Shown piece by piece: positions 27,160 to 37,517 of a DNA stretch of 64,000 nt. This stretch comes from Candidatus Magasanikiibacteriota bacterium. GTDB lineage: Bacteria; Patescibacteriota; Patescibacteriia; Magasanikbacterales; GWA2-37-8. The stretch is from the NCBI GenBank assembly GCA_017991415.1, contig JAGOQR010000002.1:204736-268735 (forward strand), written 5' to 3'. The position numbers and the translations under genes are program-made. Under the pieces are notes generated by a model. That model saw only the letters and a program-made list of their open reading frames with translations. It was not told the DNA's origin and did not search any database. The stretch's first letter is position 1; each line of letters starts with the position of its first letter.

Positions 27160-27966
27160 TTATTTTTCGCCTGGTCTTCTGGTAGCTACCACATGTCCAC
27201 TTTTGGTAATAATGATTGTATGCTCAAAATGAGCGCACAACGAACCGTCACTCATTCCAATAGTCCAACCATCATCTGCCGTAGTCACTTTCCACCCGCC
27301 CAAAGAAAGCATTGGCTCTACTGCAATAACCATTCCTGGTTTAAGGATAATATAGTCTAAATTACGATTATAATAATTTGGTATACTTGGCTCTTCATGA
27401 ACTTCATGGCCAACACCATGACCTACCAAATCTCTCACAATTCCATATTTGCCTTGTGATTTTACATACTCCTCTACAGCCTTACCAATATCAGCAACTG
27501 AATTACCAGGCTTAATTGCCCGTATTCCTTCTTCCAAAGATTCTTGCGTTACACGTAATAGCTCTCTCGTTTTAGCTGGAACTTTGCCAATAGGGATAGT
27601 CACTGCTGTATCCGTGTAATAACCTCGGCTCTTACCTTTTACTGGAGCGGGCCATTCCATACCAATATCGATGGTAAAAATATCACCATCTTTCAAGACA
27701 ACACCTTTTTTTGGAATACCGTGCACCAACTCTGTATTTAATGAAGCACAAATAGTGGCTGGAAAAGCAGTGTCTGCAAATCTTGTTTTATGACCTTTAA
27801 AGGCTGGTCTACCACCAGCTTCTATAATCATTTTTTCTGCCATTTTATCTACAGCAATAATTTCTACGCCGGGACGACACATCTTGGCCAGATCTTCTAA
27901 GATTCTGCCCATGATTTCGCCGCCTTCTTTTATCATTTTTATTTCTTCTGGAGTTTTAATTAACAT
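27160..27966 (-). CDS. map: Methionine aminopeptidase type I
   Basis: Pita-bread fold motifs (VCHGIP, HGVGHEVHE, metal-binding D/D/H/E/E); 268 aa. Confidence 0.9.
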   Translation of the reverse strand: MLIKTPEEIKMIKEGGEIMGRILEDLAKMCRPGVEIIAVDKMAEKMIIEAGGRPAFKGHKTRFADTAFPATICASLNTELVHGIPKKGVVLKDGDIFTIDIGMEWPAPVKGKSRGYYTDTAVTIPIGKVPAKTRELLRVTQESLEEGIRAIKPGNSVADIGKAVEEYVKSQGKYGIVRDLVGHGVGHEVHEEPSIPNYYNRNLDYIILKPGMVIAVEPMLSLGGWKVTTADDGWTIGMSDGSLCAHFEHTIIITKSGHVVATRRPGEK

Positions 27967-27996
27967 ACACGCATCTCTTCAAATATAATAGTAAAA

Positions 27997-28650
27997 TTAA
28001 TCTGCCAAAATCGCTGCAATATCTTTTTCTACCAACTCTATACCTTGACTACCACGCACCACAGACAGAACATCTAATTTTTTATAAAAATCAATTATGG
28101 GTGCGAGTGCCGCATTACCTTGTTTAGCAATTCGTTGCTTAATAATTTCTTCGGCATCATCTGCGCGAGTCGTAAGAGCCCCACCACACTTAGAACAGCT
28201 TGCTAAAGCAATGTTTGCAGGAAAAATTTCTCCACAACTACCGCACACGCGACGAGCCGATAATCTCTGCAGTGCCTCCTCGTCGGAAAGAGCTATTTCT
28301 AAAACAAAAACCTCTGACACTAACATTTTTTCTTCAAAAAATTGCTGTATTCTCTTGGCTTGATCTAGAGTACGAGGTACCCCATCTAAGACAACTCCCC
28401 GACCAGATGCTATTTCTTTTTCAATTTTATCAAAAACAAGACGGTAAATAAGTTCGTCAGAGACAAGTTGCCCTTGTTTGATTTGCGCCACCGCCTCTTG
28501 CTCAACAGCACTCAACTGAGGCTCGGTTGCCAACGCACGCAACATATCACCTGTGGAAATATGAACATACTGGTAATTATGAGCGATCTTTTTTGCTTGT
28601 GTGCCCTTGCCAGATCCTGGCGGCCCCATCATAATAATAATTTTTTTCAT
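27997..28650 (-). CDS. adk: Adenylate kinase (long form with Zn-ribbon lid)
   Basis: P-loop IIIMMGPPGSGKGTQ, lid CGSCGEIF...CSKCGG. The start is set at ATG 28650 (MKKIII). The track ORF begins at an upstream TTG. Confidence 0.9.
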   Translation of the reverse strand: MKKIIIMMGPPGSGKGTQAKKIAHNYQYVHISTGDMLRALATEPQLSAVEQEAVAQIKQGQLVSDELIYRLVFDKIEKEIASGRGVVLDGVPRTLDQAKRIQQFFEEKMLVSEVFVLEIALSDEEALQRLSARRVCGSCGEIFPANIALASCSKCGGALTTRADDAEEIIKQRIAKQGNAALAPIIDFYKKLDVLSVVRGSQGIELVEKDIAAILAD

Positions 28651-28810
28651 AAACGAAATGAGTGAAAAAATATTGAGCTTGCTCAAATATTTTTGAGCGA
28701 ATGAGTTTATATGGGTTTTAGCCCATATAAACGAAACGAGCGTACATAGCGAAACTAAAAAAGGCTTTTCAGCCTTCTTAGTTTATCATTTTATATCTAT
28801 ATTTTCAACT

Positions 28811-30085
28811 CTATACCGTATCGTATGCATGCATTGTTAGCTGAGCAGAAATCTGTTTAGCTGTCTCAATAGCGACCGAAACCACGATAAGTAAACTAGT
28901 ACCACCGATAGCTAAATTTTGAGTACCCATAAAGTACTGAGCAAGCAATGGAAGAATTGCGATTAGTCCAAGGAATAACGCACCAGTCAGATTAATTCTA
29001 TTCATGGTTTGGCCAAGATATTTCTCTGTCTCAGAACCTGGTCGAATACCAGGAATAAAGCCACCTTGCTTTTGCAAGTTTTCCGCCATTTTTTGAGGAT
29101 GGAAAATAACAGCAGTATAGAAATAAGTGAACCCAAAAACTAGCAAGAAATAAATAATACCGTAGAATAGTTGATTTTGAAATAAAGTAATTACTTTTAC
29201 CGCTGCTGTTGCCAACCAAAGAGTTTTAGCGTGTGTGAAAAACTGAGCAATTAAAGAAGGAAATGTTGCTAAAGAAATAGCAAAAATTATCGGAATAACT
29301 CCTGACATATTTACGCGCAATGGCAAGTGTGTACTACTACCTCCGTACATACTGTTACCACGCACTTGTTTGGCATAATTTACTGGTATATTTCTTTGGC
29401 CTTCGTTGATGAAAACAACGCCTACAACAGTAAGGAGCGCCACCAAAGCGAACAGCAAGAAGATATAAAAATCTGCGGAATTATAGTTGATAAAAAAATT
29501 ACGGAGAGAGCCTGGGAAACTAGAAACGATACCAGCGAAGATAAGTAAAGAAATACCATTACCAACTTTCTTTTCTGAGATTAGTTCACCGATCCACATC
29601 AAGAACATAGTACCAGCGGTAATTGTCATCATAATGGTAGCCAAACGGAAGTATGACAAATCTGTAATAATTGGTAATGCAGAATTATTTAATAATTTAA
29701 TCATGGCGTACGATTGCAAAAATGCCAAAGGAACTGCCAAAAATCTGGTGTAGGTATTAATTTTTTGCTGACCTGACTCTCCTTCTTTAGAGAGTTCCTC
29801 CAACTTCGGCACGATCATCGCAAGCAATTGGAAAATAATTGAGGAAGTAATATATGGCCCCACACCTAACATGACAATAGAGAAATTTTTCATGGTACCT
29901 CCAGAGAACACATCGAGGAGTCCAAAAATCTGATTACCTGCCAAAAATTGGCGCAAATTATCTAGATTAACGCCTGGAATTGGAATATGGGCTACCAATC
30001 TAAAAATTACCAGCATGCCCAAAACATATAAAATCTTATTTCTAATGTCTTTAACTGCCCAAACTTGCTGTAATTTTTCCCACAT
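28811..30085 (-). CDS. secY: Preprotein translocase subunit SecY
   Basis: 10-TM SecY topology; 424 aa. Confidence 0.95.
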   Translation of the reverse strand: MWEKLQQVWAVKDIRNKILYVLGMLVIFRLVAHIPIPGVNLDNLRQFLAGNQIFGLLDVFSGGTMKNFSIVMLGVGPYITSSIIFQLLAMIVPKLEELSKEGESGQQKINTYTRFLAVPLAFLQSYAMIKLLNNSALPIITDLSYFRLATIMMTITAGTMFLMWIGELISEKKVGNGISLLIFAGIVSSFPGSLRNFFINYNSADFYIFLLFALVALLTVVGVVFINEGQRNIPVNYAKQVRGNSMYGGSSTHLPLRVNMSGVIPIIFAISLATFPSLIAQFFTHAKTLWLATAAVKVITLFQNQLFYGIIYFLLVFGFTYFYTAVIFHPQKMAENLQKQGGFIPGIRPGSETEKYLGQTMNRINLTGALFLGLIAILPLLAQYFMGTQNLAIGGTSLLIVVSVAIETAKQISAQLTMHAYDTV

Positions 30086-30134
30086 AGAATGAAGTTACAA
30101 TGTTTAAAGTGTACCGTCGCAGTAACTGTAAAAA

Positions 30135-30575
30135 CTATTTCACTTCTCCGCCTACTGCTTTTATTTTTTCGGCAGCGCCTTTAGTACAGGCGACACCTTC
30201 GAGAACTAATTTTTTAGTAATATCTCCAGTAGATAAAACTTTAGCGGTTTTTGTATAAGAATTTATGAGATTTTTTTCTTTCAAGGAAGCAATGTTTACT
30301 ACTTCACCATCTTTAAATTTACTTTCTAAATCTGACAAATAAATTTCTCCTGGTTTAGTATTTAAACTAGTAAAACCACGCAATTTTGGAGTTGATTGTA
30401 ATTGAAATTTAAAACCACGGCGAACCATACCGCTACTTCCACCAGATCTTGCAGTTTGACCCTTACCACCTCTGCCAGCAGTTGTGCCGAGACCAGAAGC
30501 ATTACCTCTACCTACAACTTTAGGGGCAAATTTTGATCCTTTTGCTGGACCGATAGTGTGAATATGTAAAGACAT
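30135..30575 (-). CDS. rplO: 50S ribosomal protein L15
   Basis: GRGGKGQTARSGGSSG glycine-rich L15 signature. Confidence 0.9.
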   Translation of the reverse strand: MSLHIHTIGPAKGSKFAPKVVGRGNASGLGTTAGRGGKGQTARSGGSSGMVRRGFKFQLQSTPKLRGFTSLNTKPGEIYLSDLESKFKDGEVVNIASLKEKNLINSYTKTAKVLSTGDITKKLVLEGVACTKGAAEKIKAVGGEVK

Positions 30576-30616
30576 AAATTTCTGTTTTATAATTAATCAC
30601 GTGTTAGAGGGTTTCT

Positions 30617-31138
30617 TTATACTGCAGGAACCTCTTTCACTTCAACTTCTTTTTCTTTCTTATGACCCTTTTTAAACATCTGCAACGCATTAAAAGTGGC
30701 TTTTACGATAGTAACTTTATTTTTTGTTTTACCTAAAATTTTAGAAGAAACATTAGGAATACCAGCAAGTTCAAGCATCGCACGAGTTGCTCCACCCGCA
30801 ATAATTCCAGATCCTTTTGGCGCTGGTTTTAAGAAAACAGTTGCAGCTTTAAATTTACAAACTACAGCATGAGGAACAGTTTCGTTGATAATCGGAACGG
30901 TAATCATATTTTTCTTAGCTTGATGAACAGCTTTATCTACACCCAATTGTACATCTTTTCCTTTAGCTAAACCAAAACCAACTCTTCCGCGACGATCACC
31001 AAGAATAACACCAGCACGAAAACTCATATGTTTTCCGCCTTTAGTTACACGAGTAACGCGGCTCAAATCTAAGATATACTGATCAAATTCAGGTTTTTCT
31101 TTCTGTTTATCGCCTCTTCTTCCCATTGGTTTGCTCAT
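30617..31138 (-). CDS. rpsE: 30S ribosomal protein S5 (with short KE-rich C-terminal tail)
   Basis: S5 dsRBD and C-terminal domain motifs (VTKGGKHMSFRAGVILGD, GIIAGGATRAMLELAGI). Confidence 0.9.
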   Translation of the reverse strand: MSKPMGRRGDKQKEKPEFDQYILDLSRVTRVTKGGKHMSFRAGVILGDRRGRVGFGLAKGKDVQLGVDKAVHQAKKNMITVPIINETVPHAVVCKFKAATVFLKPAPKGSGIIAGGATRAMLELAGIPNVSSKILGKTKNKVTIVKATFNALQMFKKGHKKEKEVEVKEVPAV

Positions 31139-31228
31139 AATTTCTAAAGTTGAATCAAATAAGAAAATGTATTTTCTTATTTGCGAAGCTTAACGATTTT
31201 CGCAAGCTTTGCTTCTAATTTTAACTTA

Positions 31229-31603
31229 TTAAAAAATCAATCCTCCATCGCGAGCACCGTCGGCCAAAGCCTTCACTCGTCCATGGTATTTATATCCACC
31301 ACGATCAAATTTAACCTTACTAATACCTTTTGCTTTTGCTTTTTCTGCAAGTAATTTCCCAATCAAATAACTTATTGCTACTTTTCCAGTCTTATCTTCT
31401 GCCTTTTTTTCTTTTATCTCTTTAGCATTAACAGAGCATAAAGTTTTGCGGGCAACATCATCAATTAACTGAATATTCATCCCTTTTAAACTACGAAAAA
31501 CAGACAAGCGAGGTTCAGAACCTGAACCATTCAACACTTTGCGGATTCGCAAATGTCTAACTTGTCTTAGCTTACTTTTATTTTTATCAAATAATCGCTT
31601 CAT
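31229..31603 (-). CDS. rplR: 50S ribosomal protein L18
   Basis: RLSVFRSLKGMNIQLIDD...GGYKYHGRVKALADGAR. Confidence 0.9.
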   Translation of the reverse strand: MKRLFDKNKSKLRQVRHLRIRKVLNGSGSEPRLSVFRSLKGMNIQLIDDVARKTLCSVNAKEIKEKKAEDKTGKVAISYLIGKLLAEKAKAKGISKVKFDRGGYKYHGRVKALADGARDGGLIF

Positions 31604-31623
31604 ACATTTTTATAATAATTTTT

Positions 31624-32172
31624 TTAAGCAGCGCCTTTAGCAGCCGTCTTACCAGCCTTGCGTTGAATAACTTCTGCAACATGCTTAATACCTTTACCTT
31701 TATACGGCTCTGGTTTTCTAATTTTTCTAATCTGAGCAGCCATCTCTCCCACCACCTGCTTGTCTGTACCTTCTACAGTAATAATGTTTTTTTCAACTGC
31801 AAATTTTATACCAGGCATTGGCTTCATTTCAACTGGGTGAGAAAAACCCACTTCGAGCATAAGATTTTGGCCTTTCATAGCAGCCTTATAACCTACGCCG
31901 TTTATTTCAAGTTCTTTTTTAAAACCTTCAGTTACGCCTTTTACCATATTGATAATCAAACTGGCAAAAGTACCCCACAAAGATTGATCTTGTTTATTAT
32001 TTTCATTTACTACCTGTGTAGTAATTTCATTCTTATCACAAACTACAACAACTCTAGGGTGCAAACTTAGTTTTAATTCACCTTTTGGCCCTTTTACTAC
32101 CATCTGATTCTTTTCTACCACAGCAGTAACGCCAGCTGGTAAGGTAATCTTTTTTTTGCCAATTCTAGACAT
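31624..32172 (-). CDS. rplF: 50S ribosomal protein L6
   Basis: MSRIGKKKITLPAGV, two-domain L6. Confidence 0.9.
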   Translation of the reverse strand: MSRIGKKKITLPAGVTAVVEKNQMVVKGPKGELKLSLHPRVVVVCDKNEITTQVVNENNKQDQSLWGTFASLIINMVKGVTEGFKKELEINGVGYKAAMKGQNLMLEVGFSHPVEMKPMPGIKFAVEKNIITVEGTDKQVVGEMAAQIRKIRKPEPYKGKGIKHVAEVIQRKAGKTAAKGAA

Positions 32173-32218
32173 ATTATTTTAGTTTGTAGTTCTGCCAAAT
32201 ACTGGCAGATTTAGATTA

Positions 32219-32608
32219 TTAATAAACTTCACAGATTAATTCTCCCCCTACTTCATGCTTTCGAGCTTCTTCATTAGTAAGCAAACCTTTAGGAGTTGAT
32301 AAAATCGCTACACCAAATCCACTAAGCACTTTTTCAATATCATCCTTTTTGATATACCGTCTATGACCTGGCTTACTGATTCTTTTGATATGGGTTATAG
32401 CTGGAGTGCCACCATGGTACTGCAAGGTCAACAAGATGTATGGATGCACATCCTTTTTCTCTTCTGCTTTTTTTAAATATCCTTCTTTAACCAAAAGATT
32501 GGCAATACCAAACTTGATTTTAGAAAATGGCAACACAACTTCTTTTTTATTAATTAAAGAAGCGTTGCGTATACGGGTTAACATGTCAGCGATAGGATCC
32601 GTCATCAT
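32219..32608 (-). CDS. rpsH: 30S ribosomal protein S8
   Basis: TDPIADMLTRIRNA start. Confidence 0.9.
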   Translation of the reverse strand: MMTDPIADMLTRIRNASLINKKEVVLPFSKIKFGIANLLVKEGYLKKAEEKKDVHPYILLTLQYHGGTPAITHIKRISKPGHRRYIKKDDIEKVLSGFGVAILSTPKGLLTNEEARKHEVGGELICEVY

Positions 32609-32624
32609 AATATTTAAAAATTAA

Positions 32625-32810
32625 TTACCAGCTTGATTTACGTACACCCGAAATCTTTCCCTGGTTAGCTAATTCACGAAAACAAATTCGGCATAGTCCA
32701 AATTCTCCCATATAACCGTGCACACGGCCGCATTTCCAGCAACGTCTAACAATTCTGGTGGAGAATTTTGGTTTTCTATTTGATTTTGCAATTTGTGATT
32801 GGGTGGCCAT
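32625..32810 (-). CDS. rpsZ: 30S ribosomal protein S14 type Z (zinc-binding)
   Basis: 61 aa with CWKCGRVHGYMGEFGLCRICFREL. Confidence 0.9.
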   Translation of the reverse strand: MATQSQIAKSNRKPKFSTRIVRRCWKCGRVHGYMGEFGLCRICFRELANQGKISGVRKSSW

Positions 32811-32834
32811 AATTTTTTCTAGTTTAGTCAGTGA

Positions 32835-33386
32835 TTATTTTACAAAGGGCAACCCGATATGGGTTAAGAGCGCTTTGCCGGCGACTTTATTTTTTGCCGT
32901 AGTATTTATAATAATTTGTAAACCATGGATTTTTTCTAGTTCTTCTGCTTTTATTTCAGGGAAAGCTAGATTTTCTTTAAAGCCGATAGCGTAATTACCA
33001 TTCTTATCAAAGCTTTTTTCTGATAACCCTCTAAAGTCTCGTACACGAGGTAAGGTTATAGAAACTAATTTTTCCAAAAATTGATACATTTTTACACCAC
33101 GCAATGTAACTGCAACCCCAATTTCCATACCTTCTCTTGTTTTAAAGTTAGAAATTGATTTTTTAGCTTTGGTGCGCATTGGTTTCTGACCACTAATCTT
33201 ACTGAGTGTCGCTTCTACATTATCAATAAAGCGTGGCTCTTTTACAAAACGTCCGATACCAGCATTAAGAACTACTTTTTTTATTTTCGGAACTTCCATT
33301 ACGTTCTTTAAGGAGAGCTCTTTCATAAGAGCTGGTACAATTTCTTTTTTATATTTTTCGTATAAAATAACAGACATATTAATCAA
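32835..33386 (-). CDS. rplE: 50S ribosomal protein L5
   Basis: L5 N- and C-terminal domain motifs. Confidence 0.9.
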   Translation of the reverse strand: MINMSVILYEKYKKEIVPALMKELSLKNVMEVPKIKKVVLNAGIGRFVKEPRFIDNVEATLSKISGQKPMRTKAKKSISNFKTREGMEIGVAVTLRGVKMYQFLEKLVSITLPRVRDFRGLSEKSFDKNGNYAIGFKENLAFPEIKAEELEKIHGLQIIINTTAKNKVAGKALLTHIGLPFVK

Positions 33387-33687
33387 TTAATTCTTTGCAT
33401 TTTCGGCAAACGCGTTTTTTAGATTCTGTATCTGTTTTATAACCCACTCTAGTTACCTGATCACACTTGGAACAAACGAGCGCTACCTTACTTGAGTGCA
33501 AGGGGCCAGACAATTCAATCACTTGACCCTTCTCACCTTTCTTATTTGCTCTCATGGTTTTTTTCATGACATTTACACCCTCTACAACCACTTTTCCTTC
33601 TCTTGGAAAAACCTGAATAATCTTTCCGGTTTTACCGGCATCTTTTCCACTGAGAACTTTTACTTTGTCGTTTGTTTTTATTTTCAT
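33379..33687 (-). CDS. rplX: 50S ribosomal protein L24 with a C-terminal C4 zinc-ribbon-like extension
   Basis: KOW motif [16 protein letters not shown]-terminal CSKCDQ...CRKC. Confidence 0.85.
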   Translation of the reverse strand: MKIKTNDKVKVLSGKDAGKTGKIIQVFPREGKVVVEGVNVMKKTMRANKKGEKGQVIELSGPLHSSKVALVCSKCDQVTRVGYKTDTESKKRVCRKCKELID

Positions 33688-33688
33688 A

Positions 33689-34060
33689 TTATAATACTTC
33701 CGGGGCTAAAGAAATAATTTTTTGGAAACCTTTACTGCGCAATTCTCTGGCAACTGGACCTAAGATACGAGTACCTTTTGGTTCTTTTGATTTGCGGTCA
33801 ATAATAATTGCAGCGTTATCATCAAAACGAATGTAGGTTCCATCAATACGACGAGTATCTTTGCGCAATCGTGCAATTACTACATGCACTACCTCACCTT
33901 TTTTTACCAAACCATGAGGCGCAGCTTCCTTTACGGAACAAGTAACAATATCGCCAATGATAGCATATCTTTTTTTGTAACCACCCAAAACACGGATGCA
34001 CTGTAATTTTTTTGCTCCAGTATTATCTGCTACTTTCAGCATTGAACGATGTTGAATCAT
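33689..34060 (-). CDS. rplN: 50S ribosomal protein L14
   Basis: [27 protein letters not shown]. Confidence 0.95.
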   Translation of the reverse strand: MIQHRSMLKVADNTGAKKLQCIRVLGGYKKRYAIIGDIVTCSVKEAAPHGLVKKGEVVHVVIARLRKDTRRIDGTYIRFDDNAAIIIDRKSKEPKGTRILGPVARELRSKGFQKIISLAPEVL

Positions 34061-34089
34061 ATACTTTGGCTTTATTCTACTTTATACGT

Positions 34090-34380
34090 TTACTTTAAAA
34101 TTTCTGTTAATCTCCATTTTTTTGTTTTTGATATTGGACGGCATTCTTCAAAAGCTACCTTATCGCCTACTTTGGCGGAACCCTTCTCATCATGAACAGG
34201 ATATTTATTAGTTACTTTATAACTCTTATTATACTTTGAATGCATGGCCATGGTATCAACTCTTACAACAATAGTTTTGTTCATTGCAGTAGAAACTACT
34301 TGGCCTTCAAAATTTCTCTTGTTGGCTGATTGAGTTTTTGGCTGAGTTGTTGGCTTGGTTTTGGTTTTTGTTTTTAACAT
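34090..34380 (-). CDS. rpsQ: 30S ribosomal protein S17
   Basis: OB-fold S17 with an N-terminal T/K-rich extension. Confidence 0.85.
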   Translation of the reverse strand: MLKTKTKTKPTTQPKTQSANKRNFEGQVVSTAMNKTIVVRVDTMAMHSKYNKSYKVTNKYPVHDEKGSAKVGDKVAFEECRPISKTKKWRLTEILK

Positions 34381-34385
34381 ATATT

Positions 34386-34583
34386 TTATATATCTTTCCT
34401 AGACTCGCCTTTTAACTTCATAGTTATTCGAGCAATCGTTTTCTTAGCTACATCAATTTTATGAACTTGTTTCAAATGACGACTGTGTGTTTGAAAAAGC
34501 AGACTTCTGAGCTCATTTCTGGTTTCAGTAAGCATTTCTTCCAGCTCTTTTTTACTTTTATTTTTTAAATCTTCCCATTGCAT
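34386..34583 (-). CDS. rpmC: 50S ribosomal protein L29
   Basis: 65 aa helical protein in the conserved position between S17 and L16. Confidence 0.8.
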   Translation of the reverse strand: MQWEDLKNKSKKELEEMLTETRNELRSLLFQTHSRHLKQVHKIDVAKKTIARITMKLKGESRKDI

Positions 34584-34624
34584 ACTTTTAAATTAGGCAG
34601 TATAAATCTTGAATTACCTGGTAA

Positions 34625-35038
34625 TTAGTGCTTAACAACAAATTTAGTCTTTACACTTATTTTAAATCCAGCCATTTTTATCGCTTCTTTTGCAGTTGCT
34701 TCTGGAATACCGCCCATTTCAAACATTACGGTGCCTGGTTTTACCACTGCCACATAATGATCTGGAGCACCTTTACCTCCACCCATCGGGGTTTCATTAC
34801 CTTTTTTAGTAATTGGCTTATCAGGAAATATACGAATCCAAATTTTTCCACCTTTTTTTACATAGCGAGTCAAAACACGACGAATAGCTTCGATTTGACG
34901 ACTGCTTACCCAGCCATGTTCTTGGCTTTTAATACCATACTCACCGAAGGCCACAAAATTACTACGAGTGGCTACTCCCATTTGGCGACGGCGGCCTTTT
35001 TGCCATTTTCTATGTAATACTTTTTTTGGTAACAACAT
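34625..35038 (-). CDS. rplP: 50S ribosomal protein L16
   Basis: [18 protein letters not shown]... [17 protein letters not shown]. Confidence 0.95.
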   Translation of the reverse strand: MLLPKKVLHRKWQKGRRRQMGVATRSNFVAFGEYGIKSQEHGWVSSRQIEAIRRVLTRYVKKGGKIWIRIFPDKPITKKGNETPMGGGKGAPDHYVAVVKPGTVMFEMGGIPEATAKEAIKMAGFKISVKTKFVVKH

Positions 35039-35070
35039 ACAGTATAAATCCTAAGTCCTAAATGGTAATT

Positions 35071-35778
35071 TTATTTAGTTAATTTTTTCTTTTTATCGTC
35101 TTTAATAGTTTCTTCTTCTTTTTTAGCAAATTTATCACGGCGACTAAATGCTTCACCCTTATAAATCCAAACTTTTACACCAATTTTCCCATATAAAGTT
35201 TGAGCTTCGGCGAGCGCATAATCTACATCGCTGCGTAATGTAATAAGCGACATTTTTCCTGCACCAAGCTTTTCAGTTCTCGCAATTTCTACACCATTTA
35301 AACGTCCACTCATACAAACTTTTACCCCCAAACCTCCAGCACTCATTACTCGTTCGATGAGCTGCTTCATAACACGGCGGAAAGGAAAACGTTTTTCGAG
35401 ATCAGTAGCTGCATTTTGAGCCACGATTTGAGCAGATAGTGCTGGCTGACGTACTTCCAACACGTTAATTTTAACTTTTAATTTTTGTTGTAAAATTTTA
35501 CGTTCGATTTCTTTACATAAACCCTCTAGACCCTGACCACCACGACCAATAATAGTTCCTGGTTTTGCAGATAGGATATAAACAGTCAAATCTTTTGGAG
35601 TTCTTTCAATACTAATACTATCGATTAAAGAATCCTTCAATTTTTTGGCAAGCAAAGCTCTGATAGCAGTTTCTTGCTTTAAAAACAAAGGCATCTGATC
35701 ATTTCTTGCAAACCATTTTGAATCCCAAGAGTAAATGGTCGGTATTCTGTGAATTTTTGGGTGTACTTTATGTCCCAT
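35071..35778 (-). CDS. rpsC: 30S ribosomal protein S3
   Basis: MGHKVHPKIHRIPT... KH domain; K-rich tail. Confidence 0.95.
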   Translation of the reverse strand: MGHKVHPKIHRIPTIYSWDSKWFARNDQMPLFLKQETAIRALLAKKLKDSLIDSISIERTPKDLTVYILSAKPGTIIGRGGQGLEGLCKEIERKILQQKLKVKINVLEVRQPALSAQIVAQNAATDLEKRFPFRRVMKQLIERVMSAGGLGVKVCMSGRLNGVEIARTEKLGAGKMSLITLRSDVDYALAEAQTLYGKIGVKVWIYKGEAFSRRDKFAKKEEETIKDDKKKKLTK

Positions 35779-35802
35779 AATTTTATTTAAAACTTGAAAT
35801 TA

Positions 35803-36213
35803 TTATTTAGATTTTTTAGTTTTTGGCTTAGTTTTTGCTTTTGGTTCAGATACAACTTTTTCTTTCTTAACTTTTTTTTCAAATGTAGACAGAACTAAAT
35901 TGATATGACTAGTTCTTTCTCTAATCGGAGTAGCTCGGCCATGAGCTTTTGGCATTGAACGCTTAAGTACTGGCCCGCCATCTACATAGATTTGAGAAAC
36001 AATTAGATCTTCAACAGCAAGCGAGTGGTTATGCTTAGCGTTAGCTACTGCGGAATTTAATAATTTCAAAACTGGACGAGCGGCTCTTTTTGTTAATACA
36101 GATAAAATATCGATAGCTCGTACAACTTTTTTGCCACGAATCATATCAGCCACAAGCCTAACCTTGCGAGGGCCCATTCTTAGAAATCTCAATTTTGCTG
36201 TTACTTCTGTCAT
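35803..36213 (-). CDS. rplV: 50S ribosomal protein L22
   Basis: TAKLRFLRMGPRKVRLVADMIRGK. Confidence 0.9.
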   Translation of the reverse strand: MTEVTAKLRFLRMGPRKVRLVADMIRGKKVVRAIDILSVLTKRAARPVLKLLNSAVANAKHNHSLAVEDLIVSQIYVDGGPVLKRSMPKAHGRATPIRERTSHINLVLSTFEKKVKKEKVVSEPKAKTKPKTKKSK

Positions 36214-36246
36214 ATTTTTTTAAGATTGATTCGTAATAAATCAAAT

Positions 36247-36588
36247 TTATTTCTTTTTAGCTGCAGGGGCTGGAGCTGCTTTTGCTGGTGCAGCGGCAGC
36301 TGCTGCTGCGCCTTCTTGATCTTTAGCCATCTTACCACCGTGACGAACAAATTTCTTAGTAGGAGCAAATTCACCCAAACGGTGACCTACCATATTTTCA
36401 TCAACCAGAACAGTTAAAAAATCTTTTCCATTGTGAACCAAAAAAGTTACAGCTACCATTTCCGGTGAAATAACACAGGCTCTAGACCAAGTTTTAATTG
36501 GTTGTCTTTTTCCACTGGCCTGCATCTTGAGAACTTTACTTAAAACTCTCGGATCAACGTAAGGGCCTTTTTTTAAACTTCTAGACAT
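36247..36588 (-). CDS. rpsS: 30S ribosomal protein S19 with Ala/Pro-rich C-terminal tail
   Basis: [15 protein letters not shown]...; C-terminal [21 protein letters not shown]. Confidence 0.9.
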   Translation of the reverse strand: MSRSLKKGPYVDPRVLSKVLKMQASGKRQPIKTWSRACVISPEMVAVTFLVHNGKDFLTVLVDENMVGHRLGEFAPTKKFVRHGGKMAKDQEGAAAAAAAPAKAAPAPAAKKK

Positions 36589-36623
36589 ATAATTTGCTTG
36601 TAGCTTTTTTAGTTATTAGTATC

Positions 36624-37469
36624 TTATTCAGATTTTACTTTACGTGATTTAACCACAAATTTATCACTCCATTTACTTGGCTTACGAGTCTTAACACCTC
36701 GTGCTGGTTTACCATATACTGTTTGAGGTCCTCGTTTTTGACCAATTGGGTTATGACCCTCACCACCACCGTGTGGATGGTCTACAGGATTCATGTTCTT
36801 ACCATTTACACGAGGTCTGATACCGCGCATACGATTTCTTCCTGCTTTACCCCAACGAATCAAGCCGTAATCTGCGTTACCCATTGTACCAATAGTAGCA
36901 GCACATTCTTTTAAAATTTTTCTTACTTCTCCAGATGGTAATTTTACCAAAGCGTAGCCTTCTTCTTTTCCTACTAACTGAGCAGACAAACCAGCACCGC
37001 GTACCAATTGACCACCTTTACCTGGTGTAAGTTCTAAATTATGAACAAACATACCAACCGGAATAAACTCAAGCGGCATGCGGTTACCAGATTTAGCTTC
37101 AATCAATTTCTTTGAAGACATGATCTTGTCTCCCACTTTCATTCCTTCTGGAGCTAATACATATGATTTTACACCATCAGCATACAGTACCAAGGCAATA
37201 CGTGGTCCTCGATTAGGATCATATTCGATAGCTGTTACTGTAGCCTCAATATCAAATTTTTGCAATTTAAAATCAACTAAACGATAAAATTGTTTTACGC
37301 CGCCGCCTTTGTGTCTTACTGTTAAAACACCTTGGTTGTTGCGTCCAGCATTTTGATTAAGAAAAACAATCAAGGATTTCTCTGGTGTTTTTTTAGTAAC
37401 ATCAGAAAAAGATTGCACACTTGAATGGCGTCGTCCATCACTTGTTGGTTTGTAAATCTTGATAGGCAT
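36624..37469 (-). CDS. rplB: 50S ribosomal protein L2
   Basis: GRNNQGVLTVRHKGGG, C-terminal GGGEGHNPIG. Confidence 0.95.
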   Translation of the reverse strand: MPIKIYKPTSDGRRHSSVQSFSDVTKKTPEKSLIVFLNQNAGRNNQGVLTVRHKGGGVKQFYRLVDFKLQKFDIEATVTAIEYDPNRGPRIALVLYADGVKSYVLAPEGMKVGDKIMSSKKLIEAKSGNRMPLEFIPVGMFVHNLELTPGKGGQLVRGAGLSAQLVGKEEGYALVKLPSGEVRKILKECAATIGTMGNADYGLIRWGKAGRNRMRGIRPRVNGKNMNPVDHPHGGGEGHNPIGQKRGPQTVYGKPARGVKTRKPSKWSDKFVVKSRKVKSE

Positions 37470-37517
37470 AACGTTGTTTAATGACTGCTCTTACAGCAAT
37501 TTCTAAATAGTTAATTT

